Origin: Atractiella rhizophila
Taxonomy: Eukaryota
NCBI GenBank assembly: GCA_021432655.1
Contig: MU271233.1
Coordinates: forward strand, 64,030-128,029
Reading direction: 5' to 3'
Length of the DNA stretch: 64,000 nucleotides
Part shown: one piece after another, positions 1 through 13,712 of the stretch
Position numbering within the stretch: position 1 is the stretch's first letter
Layout of the letters: each line of letters begins with the position of its first letter
The notes under the pieces: generated by a model
The model's input: only the letters and a program-made list of their open reading frames with translations
What the model was told of the DNA's origin: nothing
Database searches by the model: none
Program-made: the position numbers and the translations under genes

Positions 1-481
1 TTTGTTCCTGTCCATATTGATCTCCTTTCCCAGACCTCAGGAGGGTCCAACTTGATGTTCAATTCCTCGTCCTGCTTCATGTTTGCACCTACGTTCAGCT
101 AAGCTCGTTTCTATTCTTTCTTTGTTTGATTCGTTTCTCCTCGTTCTTTGTTCGAAAGCCATCTGTGATTCCCACTTTCATGTTCACCCCTCGTTTCACC
201 TAACTCGTGCATTCTCGCTCTCCATTCTACCTACACATTTGCGTGAACTTGTAATAGCTCGTCCGACCATTTTGTTGGTGCAATAAAAATCTCAATAAAG
301 TCTCACAGTTCTGAAAAACCGAAAATGTGCTAGAACAGACTGTGTTAAGAAAAAAGTTATTTCTGACAAGTGTCTACATCAGTCACATTTCATTGGTAGT
401 TATTTCGAGCAAATGTTCAATACAAATTCTTTGTCCTTTCATTCCTTTAGCTTGAGTCCATGATAATTGACCTCCACAGTT

Positions 482-2610
482 TTACGAGCCCTTCCGATCT
501 TGAGGAGGCGGTGGTGCATGGGAGGTAGCACCATCTTGATTTGTATCCTCTTCCCATGGTTCATACGCCGGAGGAGCATCCTCATCGACTTCGGTACCCA
601 TTTCTCCTTCGCTCCTCTCCAATCTCCTCCTATTCGTGGTAGCCATCCGGTTCAGTCTCTCCTGCTGAGCCTCCATCGCTTTCCTCATGGCCGCGTCGCT
701 TTGCCCAGAACTAGAAGCAGTTTGAGGATCGAGGGTAGCAGAGGCTGAGGTGGAAGGCTGAGAGGTGGTGGCCATGTTCTTGAGTCGCTCTTCTTGCGCC
801 TCCATCGCCTTCTTCAGCGCCGCCTCGCTCGATGAACCACCAGCACCATGGCTTCCGCTCCCTTCCCCTTCGACAGAAATGACCGAGTCCCTTATCGTGG
901 CAGTGTCACTTGGGTGTTCTGAGCTCTTCCTCCCTTTCCCTTTATCCTCTCTCTCGCTCTTCAGCTCTGCCAAGCTGCCCTTCACTGGTCCACCGGTACC
1001 TTCCACCGGCTTTCCTGTTTCAGCAACAGTAGGCTGGTTCTGGGTTAAGACATCAACAGGACTGAGGGGTGTATCTGATGTGGCAGGAGGCGCGACGTCA
1101 GAAAGAGAGTGGGCTATGGAAGCACCGGTGATGTTGGTGGGATTGGGCAGGTCGCCAGATGCTCGAGGAGGGAGGGCGGGAGGAGACATGTTGATGTTTG
1201 GAGGGAGGGTACCGCCTTCCGGAAGTGGTATAGGGGTGCCAGTTGTAGCAGAGGCTGGAGCAGGGACTGGTCCAGGATCTGACAACTGTACGCCGTGAGA
1301 GGAGGCAACGGAACTAGGACGAGCGGCAGCAGGGAGTGGAGGTGGGAGTTTGTGGTGCGTAGAAGAGACTGATGGAGAGGGGGACAGGTGGCCTGGGCCT
1401 GGAGGAGTTTGTTGGTTCTCTTCTGTGATGTTCTCCAGATCCGACAACTCGTTTTGATGCGTTACAGCGAAAGACCTTTCTACTCGTCAGACTCACAGTT
1501 CACGACAGAGAAGCTGGAGGAGAGAACGCTTACCGAGTATCGGTTTCCCTCCTTCTCAGACCTTTTGCGCCAAGAGTACGTGACTGAATCTCACTGTTAG
1601 CCGCTGTCCAGCCCTCCAGTTCCTCCTGAACCAAACCCCTTATCAACTTGGTCCTATCCAGCCCATCTTCGCCGTATGACTTGTCTCTTCCTCCTTCCTT
1701 CACGTCCATACCTTGAAGCAACAGCTTGCCATACTCTGACATGATGGCAAGTTTCTCGCCGTACTCTTTCATCGCTTCAAATTGTTGGAGGAAAGAATCG
1801 TGGACCTTTTGTCTCTTGACAGAAGCCATCGAATCTTCGTAAGGCGCATCCGCTTCGTTCAGGGCTTGAAGCTCTCCCCGTAACTGGGCGAGTTGTTGAG
1901 CATATCTTTTGGCGGATGATGACCCTGATTCTGGCTTGTAGCCTTCGATCTTTGTGATTTCCTTCTTAAGAGCCTCTCGCTTGTCACGGCGAGGAATCAA
2001 GTTCTCCTCAAAGTTACGAATTTCCTACCCGATTCGAGTCAGACATGTTAGTTATTGTGAACTGATGAACGGCGAACCTTGAGGACTGTGCGACTACTTT
2101 CAAGCTTCTTCGCATATTCTCCCTCTAACATAGCGCTCTGGAAGACGAAGAAGGATAGACGATCGCAAATGTCCTTGTAATCTTGAAGATTGTCGTTGGC
2201 GAGATTGTCGAGGTTGTTGCTTAGAGCAGGCTGCTGAGAGAATATGAAGAAGGATTTGCTGAACTTCTTTCCAGCGTCTGCAGTGCTGGTGTGAGAGAGG
2301 GAGAGCGAGCGCATTTGAGAAAGGAGGACCGCAAGTTTGAGCGTATCTGTCAGACCATCATGAGTAATTAGCAAAGTAATAAGCAGCAAAACTCACATTG
2401 TGACTGAGCTGGGTTGTACGCTGCGTAGCTGCAACATTCGCAGCAATGTCAACATCAGAGTCTCTGACCCTCCAAGATTCCTCAAGAGACTCACCTCTGT
2501 CTTAAGCTCTGATGTACCGCCTCTACTCCAGGACCCAGACCTTGCGTGACCTTGTCCCGTAGGCCATGTAGCAAGCCACCGAATCTCCCAGACTCTTTAT
2601 CTTTTGACAT
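482..2610 (-). CDS. Pil1/Lsp1-like eisosome BAR-domain protein with long low-complexity C-terminal tail (multi-exon)
   Basis: Spliced N-terminus MSKDKESGRFGGLLHGLRDKV...YAAYNPAQ-YTLKLAVLLSQMR...DICDRLSFFVFQ...EYAKKLESSRTVLK-EIRNFEENLIPRRDKREALKKEI...VKRQKVHDSFLQQFEAMKEYGEKLAIMSEYGKLLL resembles the helical Pil1/Lsp1 BAR core. GT-AG introns join the ORF pieces; the Pro/Ser-rich tail is ORF 482-1447. Confidence 0.7.
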
Positions 2611-2924
2611 CTCTCCTTATCTAGCTTGGCTACTTCGATCTTTGCTCGGTGGCGATATAAACGCGACACAGCGGTAAGATGTTGATAATCTTGGGAGTTC
2701 TGCAGAGGCGTAGCAATTTTATAGATGCAGCAGTGGCGATGGACAAGTGAAATCGTCGTTTTTGCGCTTTACTCTGCCCGCTTTTGCCAAGCTGCGGAAG
2801 CGTCACAGGCAATTGCCATTCAGCATTAAAACCCTAACCCTATCACTTTCTTGGAGTCGCCGTCAAAGCTCAAAAACGACGACCTGGTCAATTCTGTTTC
2901 CTGTCCAGTTTCGCTATCTAAGAC

Positions 2925-5900
2925 ATGTCGTCGCCACTGGGGTCAGCTAACGGAGGGGAGGGGGATTATGATCCATATGCACAGCGTGAAGAAGAGGCGG
3001 GGGATGCAGGTGGAAGCGCTTCAAAAGAGAAGGAAGATGACGATGAAGACGAGGCAAGTCCTTTCTCGTGACTAGAGCAGGAAGTGAGTCCTAAATGTGT
3101 GGCTGGTGACACAGGAGGAAGAAGAGGAAGAGGAAGAGGTGTCTGGTCCACGACGGAAGAAGGTTCGTTTGCCTCTGTGCCACCACTTCGCAACACTTTG
3201 ACTTATGTATGGAATGGTTGTAATGGATAGAGAAAGACGCGGGCTGGGCTGTCTGCCTTTTTGGATGTGGAAGCAGAAGTAGATGAAGAGGAAGAGGAAG
3301 AGGAAGAGGAGGCGGAGGAAGGGCTAGACAACGATTTCATCGTTCATCGCGAGACTTCAGTTGGGGTTGCGGACGATAGAAGACACCGAGACTATGATAG
3401 GATGCAGCATGATTTACTGGATAAGAGCGCGCAGGAATTGGCAAAGGAGTTCAGGGAAAGGTATGCGAGGAGACAAGGAGGGGGGTGGGAGAGCATGGGA
3501 GACGCTGTGCCGAGGAACGTTCTTATGCCTGGAGTCAACGATCCGAGCATTTTCGGAGTTCGATGCAAGGTGCGATATACTTTATTTTGTAATGGGCAAG
3601 TGGGTAATGTTTATTGTGTGGGTTGGGAATGAAGCCAGGAAAAGAGCGCGACCTCGTCTCTTCCATCCTCCGCAAGGCCATCGCACTCTCCACGACCGCA
3701 CACCCTCTTGCCATCACCTCTGCTTTCTACCGCGACTCTCTCAAAGGGTACATCTACATCGAGTCTCGCACCGAAACTGCCGTCCGGCATGCTGTGGCGG
3801 GACTGTTTGGAGTCTACCTCTCTGCGCCGTCTACCGCCTTCCCTTCGAATCCAGGACTGTTCCTCGTGAAGATTGACGAGATGCCGGATCTGCTGAAAAT
3901 CAAGAAGAGAGAAGCGAAATTGAGCGTGGGCTCTTGGGTCAGGGTCAAACGTGGTCCTTATGCAGGAGATCTCGCTATGGTGTCTGAACTGGTGGATAAT
4001 TCGGACGAGGTTGGACTCAAGTTGGTTCCCCGAATTGACTTGGCCCCTCCCAAGGAGAAACGTACAGGCGGAGAGGAGGAAAGTAAAAAGAGGAAGAGGG
4101 CCGATTTCACCGGTCCACGTCCTCCTCCTCGACTGTTCAACCCGGATGAAATTAAGAGGAGGTTTGGAGCCAAGAGCGTCAGCAAACCGACCGGAGGTTA
4201 TGTCACCTTTCAAGGCGAAAGTTATAAGGATGGTTATCTGGAGAAAGACTTTAAACTCTCATCTCTCGAGCTGGAGGATGTCTCGCCCACTTTGGACGAA
4301 CTGGCGCGCTTTGCGGATACGGACAAAGGGGAGAACCTGGCGAGCGTCCGCAATGCAGCGAAAGCGAGTCTCCAACCGGGAGATAAGGTCGAAGTCTTCG
4401 TTGGAGACCAGAAGGGACTGGAAGGAGTGATCGAGAGCGTGAATGGGGACGTTGTGGCAATAATACCCAACAAAGACCTTCACCCTGAACTGGCCGACCA
4501 AGAGATCGAGTTTCCGACTACGAATGTCAGGAAGCTCTTCAAGACGGGTGACCACGTCAAAGTCATGGCTGGCCAGAATGTGGATGAGACAGGTCTCGTG
4601 CTGAAGGTCAAGGACGACACTGTCACTTTTTTGAGCGATTTGAATCAGAAAGAGGTGGAAGTGTTTGCGAAGGACCTGAGAGAAGCGGCAGAGGTCGGTG
4701 GAGGGATGAATACCGTTGGTGGGTATGAGCTGCATGATCTCGTGCAGTTAGAGTGAGTCTCGCAACCAATCTGAAAAGCGAAGACATTGGTCTGATGTGC
4801 ATGCTGAACAGTCGCGAAACAACGGGTGTAATCTTTAAGATCGAGCGTGACACTTTCCGTATCCTCGATCAAGGAGGAGCTGTCCGAAGTCTCAAACCAT
4901 CACAGATCGGTGTGAAGGCAGACACTCGGAGGTCGGTCGCGATTGATCATGACGGCCATGATTTATCGACGGGCGATCTGGTGAAGGAAGTTGCATCGAC
5001 GGTTCGTGTTCATCCCCTTCTTCACCCCTCATCCCATGGTGGATTCATGGAATAACAATGACACGGCGATGTTAGGGACGAGAAGGACGCACAGGACGAG
5101 TGCTGCACGTTTACAGATCAAGCTATGCTTTCCTCCACAATCCAGATCTCCACGAAAACAGTGGCGTGTTTCTCACATACGCCCGAAATCTCGTCTCCGT
5201 CGCCCCCAAGAATCGCGCCGATGCACCAACCAACCCTTCGATTAAGAATGCGCTCTCCATACGCCCTCAGAATGGAGCAGGCGAGGCACCCATTGTGAAA
5301 GGTCGGCGGGATAGAGCCATTGGCAAGCGTTGTCGCGTCGTGAAGGGAAATTATAAGGGGCATACCGGCGTCATTAAAGATGCGAATGGACCTCTGTGTA
5401 GGGTGGAGTTGCATTCGAAGAATCAGATCATCACAATCAAGCGGGATTTACTGAAAGGCCTTGCGTGCGTCCCCCTCCCCTTGTTAGCTGGGCCTTGTAT
5501 TAACCGATGGAGAGCTTAGCGAGAATGGCGAAACTTATCCTCTTGATGCGTACGAGCCGGGCAAAGAACCCCAACGCAACTTCGACTCCGCTCCAGCCCC
5601 GCCGTCCATGTCAGCACAAACGCCTTTCCTCTCATCCCGTACACCAGCGTGGTCTTCCGGACGCACACCTGCCCCTCCTCCTGATTCGGGACGGACGCCA
5701 GCCTACGGAGGGGGAGGTGGTGGATGGGGTGCCTCTGCTCGACCGGGAGGTAGGACGCCAGGGTATTCGAATACCTCGAGAACACCTGCTCCTGCAGCTG
5801 CAGATGGAGGCTGGGCGAGTGGAAGGACCCCAGCAGCTCCGTCAACTAGCGGAGGATGGGGAGAGCCAGCACCTAGTCACGGTACAACGAGCAGCTGGGG

Positions 5901-6895
5901 TGGTTCAAACGCTCCTGCACCGAGTGATAGTGGATGGGGGGCCGCAACTGCTCCAAGTCCACACCCAAGTGCGAGGAGTGGTTGGGGAGAAGGCACAAGT
6001 TCCGCCGTCAGTTTTTGTTTTGTCAGCTGAAAGATGTGATACTCATGTACTAAATGCAGTACCCGTCGGACCCTGCACCTCCCATGTCCAATCACGCCAC
6101 TCCATATCACAATCCTCCGACACCAGGCTCCTATGCTCCATACTCTTCAGCCCCGACTCCAGGATATCCCAGCGGTCCCACACCCTATGGCAGCGCACCA
6201 ACGCCTGGAGGACCAGCTCCCTATGCATCAGCTCCCACTCCTTCTCAGTACACAGCTCCTACCCCTGGTTCCCAGTACGCAGGGTCTAATTACGCTCCAG
6301 CGACCCCCTCTGCCTATGCTGCAACACCAGCAGGATACGGAGCACCCACACCATATGCTACTGCACCGACCCCCTATGCAGATGGAGCGGGAGAAACGGA
6401 GGAGGATGACTGGGCTTTCCCTGGCCTTCAGGTGTATATCACGAGGCATAAAAAGTCGATGAAACCGTATCAGGGTGGACGTTTCGACGATAGCCCTGCC
6501 GTCATTACGGGGATGAGACAAACAACGGTCGGCGTGAAGATGTTCGCTGTTCGCTTCCTCAATGCTGTTGGACATATGCCGAACGTCTCCCTCTCTGCAA
6601 TCGAGCTGGACTATCTTGAACCGGCAAGACCGACAGCGGTCGAACAAGTGTGCTACGCAATCGGAACGAGGTACGAATTGTAGTTTCCCCTTTAATTCAG
6701 GCCAACTGAGAAAGAATTGGTATAGGTATACGAGACAAAAGCTCACGACGAAGGCCAAGGATGAGAATGAGTTCTTATGCTTGTTTGAGAATGGTGGGCA
6801 GTCTGTACTGTTGAGTAGCGAGCTGTCAGTCTTTCCTTACCCCCCGCTGAACCAACTGACGCGCATTGGACAGGTGTTTGGCTGCTCAACCTTAG
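2925..6895 (+). CDS. SPT5: Transcription elongation factor Spt5 (multi-exon)
   Basis: Acidic N-terminus (FLDVEAEVDEEEEE), NGN domain (DPSIFGVRCK-PGKERDLV...SLKGYIYIE), KOW motifs (WVRVKRGPYAGDLA, KLFKTGDHVKVMAG, CRVVKGNYKGHTGVIKD), CTR repeats (GRTPA, PTPG). Last exons end ...VLLSSEL-CLAAQP* at 6895. Confidence 0.95.
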
Positions 6896-8197
6896 GTTTG
6901 TACGGTTGTATAACTAGTAAAAAAACGCCTTCTAATTCAATGCATCCGTCGTCATGTTCTGTCCGGAGTGTTGGTTTAAACCAGGTTAACAACTACTGCT
7001 CCCTAAAGAAAATATGTTGCTGTTCACATGAGCCACTAAAGAATTTTTTTCTGTCACTTTCAGACTTTCAGACTTTACCCTAACCGCAGTCAATCGAAGG
7101 GTCAACCCGATGAACTGTTGAAATGAGGTGTATCCTCAGCAACAGTTTATGGGGAAATGGCGGTCGATGAAAGCGATGGGTAGACGACGATAAGCGGCTT
7201 GGAACAGGGAGTCGCAGCAGTAACTATCTTCTTTTGACGTGACTGTGACCACACAGGACAACACACCTCAAAGATTTACACCGTGACTGTGACGAACTTG
7301 TCATATACCGGGTATTCGAATTCTCCTGGTGCGTCAAGTGAAGCGCTTAAGCTGGGACAGTGATTTCAGTTGTGGATATGCTGCACCGTGCTGGTTATAA
7401 TTACTTGGAGGTGCCTTGCCAATGCTTTTAAAAAACAAGTGTGCTATGCAATCGGAACGAGGTACGAATTGTCGTTTCCCCTTTAATTCAGGCCAATTGA
7501 GAGGGAATTGGTATAGGTATACGAGACAAAAGCTCACGACGAAGGCCAAGGATGAGAATGAGTTCTTATGCTTGTTTGAGAATGGTGGGCAGTCTGTACT
7601 GTTGAGTAGCGAGCTGTCAGTCTTTCCTTACCCCCCGCTGAACCAACTGACGCGCATTGGACAGGTGTTTGGCTGCTCAACCTTAGGTTTGTACGGTTGT
7701 ATAACTAGTAAAAAAACACATTCTAATTCAATGCATCCGTCGTCATGTTCTGTCCGGAGAGTTGGTTTAAAACCCGGTTAACAACTACAGCTCCCAAAGA
7801 AATATTTTGCTGTCATATGAGCCACTAAAGATTTTTTGTCCCTTTCAGATTTTACTCTAACCGTAGTCAATCGAACGGTCAACCGGGATGCACTGTTGAA
7901 CGAGGCTTATCCTCAGCATCCTCAGCAACAGCTTATGGGGAAATGGCGTAGATGGGGATCAGTTAGACGACTATAAGCGACTTGGAACAGGGAGTCGCGG
8001 CAGTCTGTCTTTCTGACCGTGACTGTACCACACAGGACAACACCTCGAAGATTTTTACCGTGACGAACTTGTCATATACCGGGTATTGGAATTCTCCTAG
8101 TCCGTCAAGTGAAGCGCTCAAGCTGGGACAGTGATAGCAGTTGTGGACATCCGTGCTGGCTATAATTACTTGGAGGTGCTATGCCGATGCTTTGAAA
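6643..8197. repeat. ~790-bp head-to-tail tandem duplication (copy 1 ~6643-7430, copy 2 ~7434-8197)
   Basis: aacaagtgtgcta(c/t)gcaatcggaacgaggtacgaattg recurs at 6643 and 7434. The copies stay colinear to ...ttacttggaggtgc...gcc(a/g)atgcttt (~7425 vs ~8190). Confidence 0.95.
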
Positions 8198-8405
8198 GAT
8201 GTATTCGTCAGTGCGCTCAAGTAAACAGAAGAAGCAAGGTTGGACGGGTTCAAGTTCTGAGGACAGAGACTAGCGCTATGACAGCCAGTCCGAGTCCACA
8301 CATATGGCGAGGTACAGCGATTGAGACAACAGTCTTTTCATAAAAGAGGGTCACCTTCATCCATAGGATGCCCTCTTCCAAGTCGTGTTCACAACATTAT
8401 TCAGT

Positions 8406-10473
8406 ATGAAGCCTATTTCAATCATTACCTCCTTCCTTCTCTCCGCCCACTCCCTCCTCGCTCTCCAATCCGAGTCTAGCTCTTCGCTCATCCACCACAA
8501 GCTCAAGCGTGCGCCACAGGATGCTTTGGTTCGTCTTCTTTCAGCTACCTTCTTGCCCGTCTCACCGCAGGTTTATCATTATCGACTGATAGCCTGGACG
8601 ATACATCGTCAAGCTGAAAACGGGCACCAGCAAGTCCACCCACCTCAAATCGTTCCATTCCTTTCTTTCTGGTTCAAAAGCAGACGCAGAAGGAAACACC
8701 GGCGCGGTGGTGGACGGACAGTGGTCCTGTGCGTTCCTCCTCCTCCAATCTTCGAGTTACGTCCTTTGATTCAGCTCGACTGACAAGTCGAGAGCAGTGG
8801 TCAACGCCTATTCTGCCGTCTTGGATAAACCCGCCCTCTTACATCTCCTCAACAGCCAAGATGTAGAATACGTCGAACAGGACTCTGAGATAAGCCTCCA
8901 GTCACCTGTCTCGCTCCAGGCCGCGGTGGTGGATCAAGGATCTAGTTCCAATTCACGTTCTGCGTTTGGAGGAGTGACGTTTAAAGCTGGAGATTCTCGG
9001 TGCACGAAGGGAAAGGGAGCGGGAGTCGACATTTACAGGTCCATCCATACTTCTTTTTCTCCTTCAATCAATCTCTTTTGCGTAATTGCTCATTTCCTCG
9101 TACAGTTAATTCGATCAGTTTTTCTTTAACTTTCATTGGCCTCGTCCGTTCCTTCAATTTTTCTTTATTCTTTGTTCCAGTTCCAGAGTATGAACCGTGT
9201 ACTGACGCTCCGCCATTGTGTCCTTCCAGCCTCGACTCCGGAGTCAATATCGAACATGAAGTCTTCGCTGGACGCGCCGTCTGGGGAGCAACCTTTGGAG
9301 AGGGTCTTCCCGACACAGATGATTACGGACATGGGTGCGTCTTATCTAAGTTTAACGAGGAGTAGAAAGCAGTGAAGAACGCTGCTGATGAGCGCCGATG
9401 GTGGATAGCACGCACACAATGGGCATCGCTGCCGGGCAGAACTTATATGGATTGGCGACGGAGGCAAAGGTGATTGCGGTCAAGATTCTGAATAAGAGGG
9501 GATACACGAACCTATCCACTATCATTTCCGGTACGTTCCCGCACATCACAATATCTAGTACATTGCCTCAAGACCCTATCAACTCATGACATTGTACGCT
9601 GCTGGGGTTGACAGGCGTCAATTGGGCGGTTGAGGCTGCACAAGCATCCAAGAAGCCGTCCATCCTCAACATGTCTATTCGTTGGGATCCCGATAGCACC
9701 TTGGATGCGGTGATCGATGAAGCAATAAAGAGCGGAGTCTGGGTCGTCGCCTCTGCTGGAAACAGTGATGAGGATGCTTCCTCCCAATCCCCCGCTCGTG
9801 TCCCAGCCGCTCTCACCGTAGGCACTCCAACTTGATTTTCAACTTGGAAAGAACTAATGGCTGTTGTGCATCTGTTTGGGTGCAGGTCGGTGCTGTCGAT
9901 GATCAAAATGTCAAGGCCGATTTTTCGAATTTTGGACCTGTGAGTACACAACTTCTTTAGCTTCGTTATTCCTCAATGGGATGACCTTAATGGTGACTAC
10001 AGCTTGTGGATTTGTTCTGGTACGGCGTCAACATCACGAGCAGTTGGGCATTCGAGCCTGAGTGAGTTCTCCCTTCCTCCTACCTCTCGCCTCCCACTGA
10101 TTACCTCTACCTCGAACTTCAGTCGCTACTACACCGCGAGTGGCACTTCTCAAGCTGGTCTGTCCCCTCCTCCCTCCAGATCTTCACCACAACGGGACTG
10201 ACGAGATTGGAATGAATAAGCGCCTGGCATTACTGGAATCCTCGCCTGCGCCCTCTCCGATTACGCCTATCCCTCCGTGCAGTCGCTCATCGACGAACTG
10301 ATCAAGGCTGCGCAACCAGTGGTTGATGTGTACGTGCTTCGCTGATCTATATTTGCTTTCGCTTTTCGGTGCTGTTTGCATTTTGGCGGAAGTGCTGATT
10401 ATTATGGTGGAACAGCGCGGGGACGAACACGACGAACCTTTTGGGCGTGCCGTTTTATCATGCTGATTCGTAG
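8406..10473 (+). CDS. Secreted subtilisin-like serine protease (S8A, proteinase K/B type) with I9-like prodomain (many exons)
   Basis: Signal peptide MKPISIITSFLLSAHSLLA; prodomain (YIVKLK; VNAYSAVLD...DVEYVEQDSEI); catalytic Asp (GVDIYSLDSGVN), His (DDYGHGTHTMG), oxyanion Asn (VASAGNS) and Ser (ASGTSQAAPG). Confidence 0.92.
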
Positions 10474-10950
10474 ATGCTTGGTGTTCGTGGGATGGGACGA
10501 GGACGACGGACACTTTTCGTTCAGCAGGTCTCGAGTTGTCGCGACATTTTCGGTCGGTTGTGTTAGCTTGTGTCTTGGAGAATGTTTCCAAGCGACTTCC
10601 TTAGGCACCGCCAGAAATGAACTGCACTTCTAGTGGCGCATTAATAATTTGGATGCATAATCAACGTAGATGAATCTCAGTATCTACTGAACGGAGAAGA
10701 AGGAGAAGGGCGTCGTTCCACTCTGCTGGCGTTAAATAAGGGTCGGCGAATAAAATCAGAAGCAAACAAAGTTTGTCGAAAGTTCCTCACGCTGTTACGA
10801 GCAGCAATCGTCGTTCTAGTCGCTCCCTTATAAATCTCAGTATCCCTAATACTTCCCTTCCCTTCCTAATACCTCTTCTAATACCCACCAACCCTTTAAG
10901 CCCAAAAAACCGCGTACATCGCACCAAAAATCATGGAATAAGGCGTGGAA

Positions 10951-13712
10951 ATGGCAGAGAGACAGGTATATTCGGACGGTGAACGGTGAGCTATTCTTCC
11001 TTCGAACGGTGCTCGAGCGGAGGATTGGGAGACTGATTCGCGTTGGGGTGGTGGTGGACGTCGTAGTGGCAGAGTCGGACACAGCCGGTCGACCTCTTCG
11101 CCCTCCCTCGAATCCCACGCCAACTCTGACGGAGGCTATTCCAACTCTTTCTACTCCGCCAGATCCCATGCTGGCTCTAGACTCGGCACTGCTACAGGTA
11201 CTTCTGGCGGAGGAGGAGGTGGCGGTGGTGGAAGGGAGAGGGGCGAGAGTATCTCGTCCCACGGACATGGACATGGAGTAGGACAAGGAGGAGCTTTGGA
11301 TGGAACACGGAGGTTTTACAGGCTTGACGAAGAGGAGAGGGAGAGACCAACCTCGGTCGCGGGGAGCATAGGAAGGGAGAGGGTCGTCTATTCCGTTGCT
11401 GGCAGCGTGAGCTCGGGTCGAGGCGGCCTGGGAGGGCTCGTCGGAGGAATGGGAGTGAGCGGAAGCGAGAGTGAGGGAGAACAGCAGAGGAGGGGATATG
11501 GGAACTATCAAGTCCCTTCCTCGAGGAGAGCTTCGGCTTCAGGCATGCCTCATGTCTTGGGAAACGTCATGGGAGGAAGCGGAAGTCCAGGCGGACATGC
11601 GCGCTCTATCTCCCTCAGGCCTGCGACCAATCGGCCAGGCTTCTCAATGGTTCGACAGCCTTCAGCTTCCTCAGCACGTCCGACCCCTCCACAACGCGGA
11701 CCCATCGTTACGCGTCCTCCGAGCATCCCAGCACCATCCATACCTCTGCCCTCTCCCCCTCCTCTCTCTCGCACCGCCTCCTCCAATTCTCGTAAGGACA
11801 AGGCTGGGAGCGAGGAGGAGAGCGATAACTCTCTCAGGAACTTAATTGCCGCTTCCGCGTTGGAGGAGGGCGAGTTCTTTATCAACAACCTCCTCCCAAA
11901 CCATCCTCTTGCGCTCCAAGCCCACACCAGGCACGAAGAAATAACCGTCCCCGAAGCGTTTAGGTCCAAACCCTCTTTCCCTAGAGAGCGAGCTCCGTCT
12001 TCTCCCACAGTCACCATGCATTCTGGTTCCGGAGCAGTAGTGAGGGGTGAGAACAGGAGACGACATACCTCGCTCACCTCCGCACCGTCTGGGAGTTCCC
12101 ACACCGCTGTGCCGTCGTCCTCAAGGAGGTCGAGGTTCCTGTCTCAAGACCAACTCCCGCGGGTGCGCGAACACGTCGTCAACATGGAGCATGAACGAGC
12201 GCACGTCCAAACGCCCCCAGCACCAAATCTGCACGCTCCGCCCCTCTCTTCGACCAGTGGCATGTCCTCGAAACCCTCTCAAGGCTCTTTGTCCTCCATC
12301 CCCCTCTCTAGCGACACCTACATCACCGTCCCTCAAGTGGGACCGGAGGACAAGTCCAACTTCATCCTCGTCGGATCTGGTACCGGAACAGGGAAACGCC
12401 ATAGCTTTCATAACTCTCTGTCCGCTAGACAATCCGCTGTCCTCCGTCCTCCCTCTCTCGTCCTTGACCCTCCACAGCCTTCGACTCAAATCGTGATCGA
12501 AACTGCCTCGGAAAAGTCGCCTCATCCTTCCGTTACATCTCGAGGACAGGGGAAAGACGGTTTGTGGCCGAAGCGGCAGGTGGTGGATGAAGATGGAAGG
12601 CGACTGAAGGTGTGGGAGGCGGTGGCAGCTCATAAGAAGGTCCGGTCCTCTCTATGGGGTAGCATTATGCTTTTGGTCTTTCCTGCTCTCGAAGGAGAAG
12701 AGGATAAGGGTCGTCCCTGGTCCTTCATCCTCTCCTTTCTCCTTCATATCGGTCTTGGGGCATTCTGGGCTGCAGCGGTACCGTCCCGCCTGCTCGACTC
12801 GACCCTCATCCCCCATTCAGCGGCCATAGTTCTCATCGCCGCCTTCGCATACCTTTACATCCTCTCCATCGCTGCCATGCTCAGGACCTCGTTCGCTGAC
12901 CCAGGATTCTTGCCAGCGAACCTGGATCCGGAACCGGAGTGGGAATGGGTGGGAGGGGAGAGGGCAGCGAGGATGAAGACGGTGAGGATGGACGGGCTCA
13001 GCGTGGATACGAAGTGGTGCGGAACTTGCAGGAGCTATAGAGGAGTGAGAAGTTCACATTGTAAGGTCTGCAACGTTTGGTTCGTCTTTCTCTTCCCCTC
13101 GCCGAAGAAAGTCACTGATTCCTATGTTGATTACCATGTAGCACGGAGGGAATAGACCACCATTGCACGTTCCTCAACAACTGTGTGGGCAGGCTGAACT
13201 ATGGCTCCTTCTTTGTCTTCCTCTCCAGCACTGTCCTCGGCCTCCTCCTCTCCCTCGCCGAAACCCTCCTCATCTTGTCCTCCCCACCATCTTGGGCACA
13301 CAACATCCGCTCCCATCCGCAAATCTTAGTCCTCGCCCTCCTCAATCTCGCAGTTCTAACTCCAATCCTCATCCTCTACTCCTACCACATCCGCCTCCTC
13401 GTCCTCGGCAAATCAACCATCGAACTCATCCGTGAAGGGGCAGCCAAAAGATTGTCCATCGCCCCTCAAACGCCAGGACTGATCCCTAGATCGCGATCGA
13501 AGGCCCCATTCTCCCAAGGAAGCGTGAGGCGCAACTTTCTTTTCGCACTGTGCAGGCCGGCGACGTTGGACGGATGGATCGAGTGGGAGGATTGGGCGGA
13601 AGAAGATGCCAGAAGAGAGAATCCGTGGTTTGAGAATGAGCAAGCAGAGGAGTCGGAGGCACAACATTTCGATGAAAGGGAGAGGGAGAAGACGCCTGAA
13701 AGTCATCGTTAG
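10951..13712 (+). CDS. DHHC palmitoyltransferase (Erf2-like) with long disordered N-terminus
   Basis: TM helices, RTSFADPGFLP, KWCGTCRSYRGVRSSHCKVCNV(C)-[intron]-TEGIDHHCTFLNNCVGRLNY, YHIRLLVLGKSTIE, PFSQGSVRRN. Start at 10951 inferred through an intron at ~10986-11066. Confidence 0.9.

Noticed and set aside
765..1298. Long antisense/alternate-frame ORFs (also 3611-4213, 5507-6289, 40087-40677)
   Set aside because: Shadows of real coding exons or repeats with no independent protein features.
5608..6380. GRTPA / PTPG repeats as a novel repeat protein
   Set aside because: Ordinary Spt5 C-terminal repeat region.
8406..10473. Subtilisin as the processing enzyme for the repeat precursor
   Set aside because: Proteinase K-type without kexin P-domain or TM anchor, and ~29 kb away.
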